This document shows positions 60,621 to 64,000 of a stretch of 64,000 bases of DNA, piece by piece. Each line of letters starts with the position of its first letter. The stretch's first letter is position 1. A program made the position numbers and the translations under genes. The notes below the pieces were generated by a model. It had not been told where the DNA came from, searched no databases, and worked only from the letters and a program-made list of their open reading frames with translations. Location: NCBI GenBank assembly GCA_964035545.1, contig OZ037767.1, positions 19,670,628-19,734,627 on the forward strand, written 5' to 3'. This DNA comes from Bugula neritina. Lineage: Eukaryota > Animalia > Bryozoa.

Positions 60621-61449
60621 AAAATGATGAATTGAACCATTATTACATATCAGATGATGTGCAGCACTGACCAATACTCAATTTGGCTGCAAACAGTATC
60701 AGTATCACTATGAGTATGCCCTTGTGATTCAGTTTGACATTGTCAATAAATGAATAATTGAATCTGAAAGTGAAAGATTGACTTTGAGTGAAGGACAAAG
60801 TGAAATTGACAAAAAAATTGAAGGAGTGCCATTTTGTTTTCATCACAAGTTGTATAAAAATTGTAAAAAAATACTCACTGCATTAATCCATTTTTCTGTC
60901 TATAAAATATTGTTTACATCAATGCGACTATTTTTACTTTCAAATGGCAGGACCATACACAGAAAGTAAAAAACTTACACAGCTAGAAGTATTGCTTTTT
61001 AAATATTACTTGCTATACAATAAACAATGCGCAATTTAATGGAACAATGCAGCAAGTTAGGAAAAATGGGCTTGCTAAGTAACTACCAGCCAATTAGGTA
61101 AGGACGACAGAAAAATATTCGCACCTGTCGTTCAGCATTTTCAACACATGAAATTCGCGTACAGTAAATTCCTTTTTCTACGTGTGCAAATTTTTGCCTA
61201 CGAGTATGAAAATACGTTAAAAAAACTTCATACGCCATACCCTTCATGGATCAGTCCCGTGGCCTTAATACTTGCACCTGTCTTTCAATTTCTTTTTCTT
61301 GGACAGGGTAATGGCGATATGGTGTCTGTTAAAGGAGTCAAGTCCCTAAAACTAGAGGGGTTTCATGTTTTAATAGGACTGTTCGACCTAAGTCATATTT
61401 GTGGGTGCTTAAAACCTCTTGTTGTTGCCTCAACATTTGTGTAGCTGCT

Positions 61450-63017
61450 TGTTTTTCTTGCGGAGATTCAATGGACTCCACAGTACAGCCTCTGGAATTT
61501 TGGAATTGTGACTGGCTCTGTTGTATGATAAAGCATCCACACAGATCTTTGGTTGCTGTAGGGGATGGTATAGTGCACTGGCAATTACCACTCTATCAAT
61601 GTAGGCTTTTTTACTCTAAAAAGGCGTGTTGACGATTCCATGGCTGAACTATGCAGGCCTCCACAAGACTTTCTGCACCGGGTGACAGGATTGTAGCATG
61701 TTTAGCCTGCATGTTGGCATAGAAAGGCTGACGTCCTTTATTACAACAACTTATGGTTTGCTCTTCCATCCCAAACAAGCAGTTAGAGAAATCTATGTGA
61801 CAGTGAAATTGTTTGAAGAAGTTGAGACTTAGTAGTATCTGGTTGTCTAGATTGGCTACCAGGAACTGATAAGTACAGACAGTGGAAACCAATTTAAAGG
61901 TGAGGCGTGTGGTACACTGGCAGTCTGACACTTTTTCCATCTGCAAGTGTGCAATACCCTGTTGTGGAAATAAGGGGCGTACGACAGTGGTCGGCTATTT
62001 GACATATCACTGATTTTTGTACGATTGACTGTGCACCCACTGTCAAGTAACAGAACCTCATCTCGGGCCCCAATCTTGACTGGAACATAATATGCGGTTC
62101 TTTGATTGGTTAAACTGACATGTGTTTGACCCATAGGATTTGATTCGGTAGTGACTGGGTTATTCAATGTCAAACTAGTTCGTTTCCCTGTCTAGATTGA
62201 GCACATCGCAGCGTAGCAGGTAACTGGCATTGCCGCTGTTCTAGTGTCGGCTTTGTACCGAAACAGTTGACAAGGTCAGTTTCTCCAGCATGGCCCTTTA
62301 GTTTCCATTAATTTATGCATCATCATATTTTCCTGTGTCATGTATTGGTCCAGTCAGGCTTCTAACTCAGCCATGCTGTCATTCCTCACTTGGCGCACCC
62401 TGGGTGTGTTTGACTGTACTTAGGAAAATTTGGTTGATGATGCCAATGGTGGCTTCCACAGTCCCCAGTGTACGATTATTTAGTTCCCAGCCTAATATTT
62501 GATACTCATGAGGTAATGCACTTATCAGCTCTTTAATAGTAGGCTTCTCCCTACCATCACCTCCTAGTTTCGGGATGGCCATCTGGATTAGTCTTTTTAG
62601 ATAGCTTGCAAATTCATGTATGTTTTCTTTTAAGTTCTAGCTGACTTGCTGCAGTAGCTGACTGGCTCCTGGCTCTGTGAGTTGATACTTTGTTTAAAGT
62701 TCACAAGCACGATGAGTGTAAGTACCCTCTAGCAATCCTTGCTTTGCTGCACTAGTCACAGCCATATCAACTGTAGCTTGGTTTCTGCATCTTCCCAGCC
62801 ATTAACAACTCGGACCTGTTCGAACCTATATAAGAACTCATCCACATTAGTAGTGCCATCAAATGACGGGGGTGGTAGGCCAATCTGTTGGTAAAGTACA
62901 GCAGCAGCCTCCTGTGCCATGTCTCGAATTCTTGCAGCGGCCTCACGAAGAGCTTCCTCTGCCATCTTTAAAGTAGGTTATCTAGTATTGCTCTAGAAAG
63001 ATCCCACTGTTGCCACC
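61450..63017 (-). mobile_element. Gypsy/Ty3 LTR retrotransposon 5' part (PBS, gag, protease), degenerate
   Basis: PBS TGGTGGCAACAGTGGGAT (63017-63001, tRNA-Leu-like); gag PPSFDG...FLYRFE...NGWED from ATG 62965; protease LLDSGCT. The 5' LTR presumably lies above 63018. Confidence 0.85.
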
Positions 63018-64000
63018 AGTAAAGTAAATTTGTATTTGACACCAGGTGTCACTATTGACGGTAAGCAATGTCACTTTAAAAATTGGTTAAAATTATGGTG
63101 TGCAGAAACCTAATTGAACTATCTAATACTGATTGTTTTCAACTATTAGTGTGCTTTTTTTAATTAATTTAGTGACTAGAATTGATTTCTGGTGTTCGGT
63201 AACAGTGCTCGATTGTGACAGTGACACCACTATGGCTCACCAATTTATATCACAGAAACTGTAGTCAGAGACAGTGACAGAAATCAGGTTCCTGGTATTT
63301 CGATCACAAATATTCAACTAGAATTGCAGCGCAAACAATCACCACTGACATTTTATAGGAACTAACTACCACTATAGTAATAGCAATAGTAACCTAATCA
63401 AGAGCTAAGTATTTCACAAATAATAAAGCTTATTGTAAGTCGATTATAAACATTACAACAGGCACGAACAATTCATAAATTTTGAATTTGAAAATTGAAA
63501 ATTTGAATTTAACATAAAATTATTATGGAGACTTGCATCAACCAATCACAATATATCAAAACTAGTTGGCCTAGTTTTATTTCAGTTTATTGTATTGTCA
63601 AATTAATTTAACTTGCTAGTAACGATCAATATTTCCTTGACCTAGTCTCTATCTTCACAGCAGTCTTTTTCGCAACGTGTACTGCTCGATAGCTGTAATA
63701 CTATTTTTACTACATTGTATAAGTATGCTAGCGTGATGCTATTACGAAAAGTATAACTTGGAATTTTTGGATATAACTGCAGTGTAAAACTGGATAAGTT
63801 ATAGATCGCATTGAAGTGTAAAATACATTTTCATTGACATTGAATACTTTTTGTGATGCTTTTGTATCTTTATAAAATTTAATTTTGTTAATTCTTACTG
63901 GTGTTTTGGTAGTCTACACATAATATATAAGCAGCAGCTGCTTATAGTAGGCTGGAAATATACATTTTATTATTTAATATTATGAAGCTATTATTTCAGA

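Overview
AT-rich, intron-rich animal DNA, probably an invertebrate; the species cannot be fixed from the sequence. There are three zones. (1) 1-21475 (+): the last 35 coding exons of an axonemal inner-arm dynein heavy chain (DNAH1-like). (2) 22539-41008 (-): a complete, convergently transcribed ClC-2-type chloride channel gene, with a candidate alternative N-terminal exon and a cluster of cassette exons/microexons between the CBS domains. (3) About 43.8-63 kb: a dense block of decayed transposons (Gypsy-like, BEL/Pao, three R2-clade families, piggyBac, a MADF fragment), all on the minus strand, plus a fused H4-H2B pseudogene on the plus strand. Two signals stand out. First, many intronic minisatellites in both genes are tandem amplifications of the exon-intron junction itself (up to 36 acceptor or 28 donor copies), and only the exon-proximal copy gives the normal protein. 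Second, the single-orientation transposon block looks like a flamenco-type uni-strand piRNA cluster. All exon calls come from manual reading of splice sites and reading frame; no searches were run.
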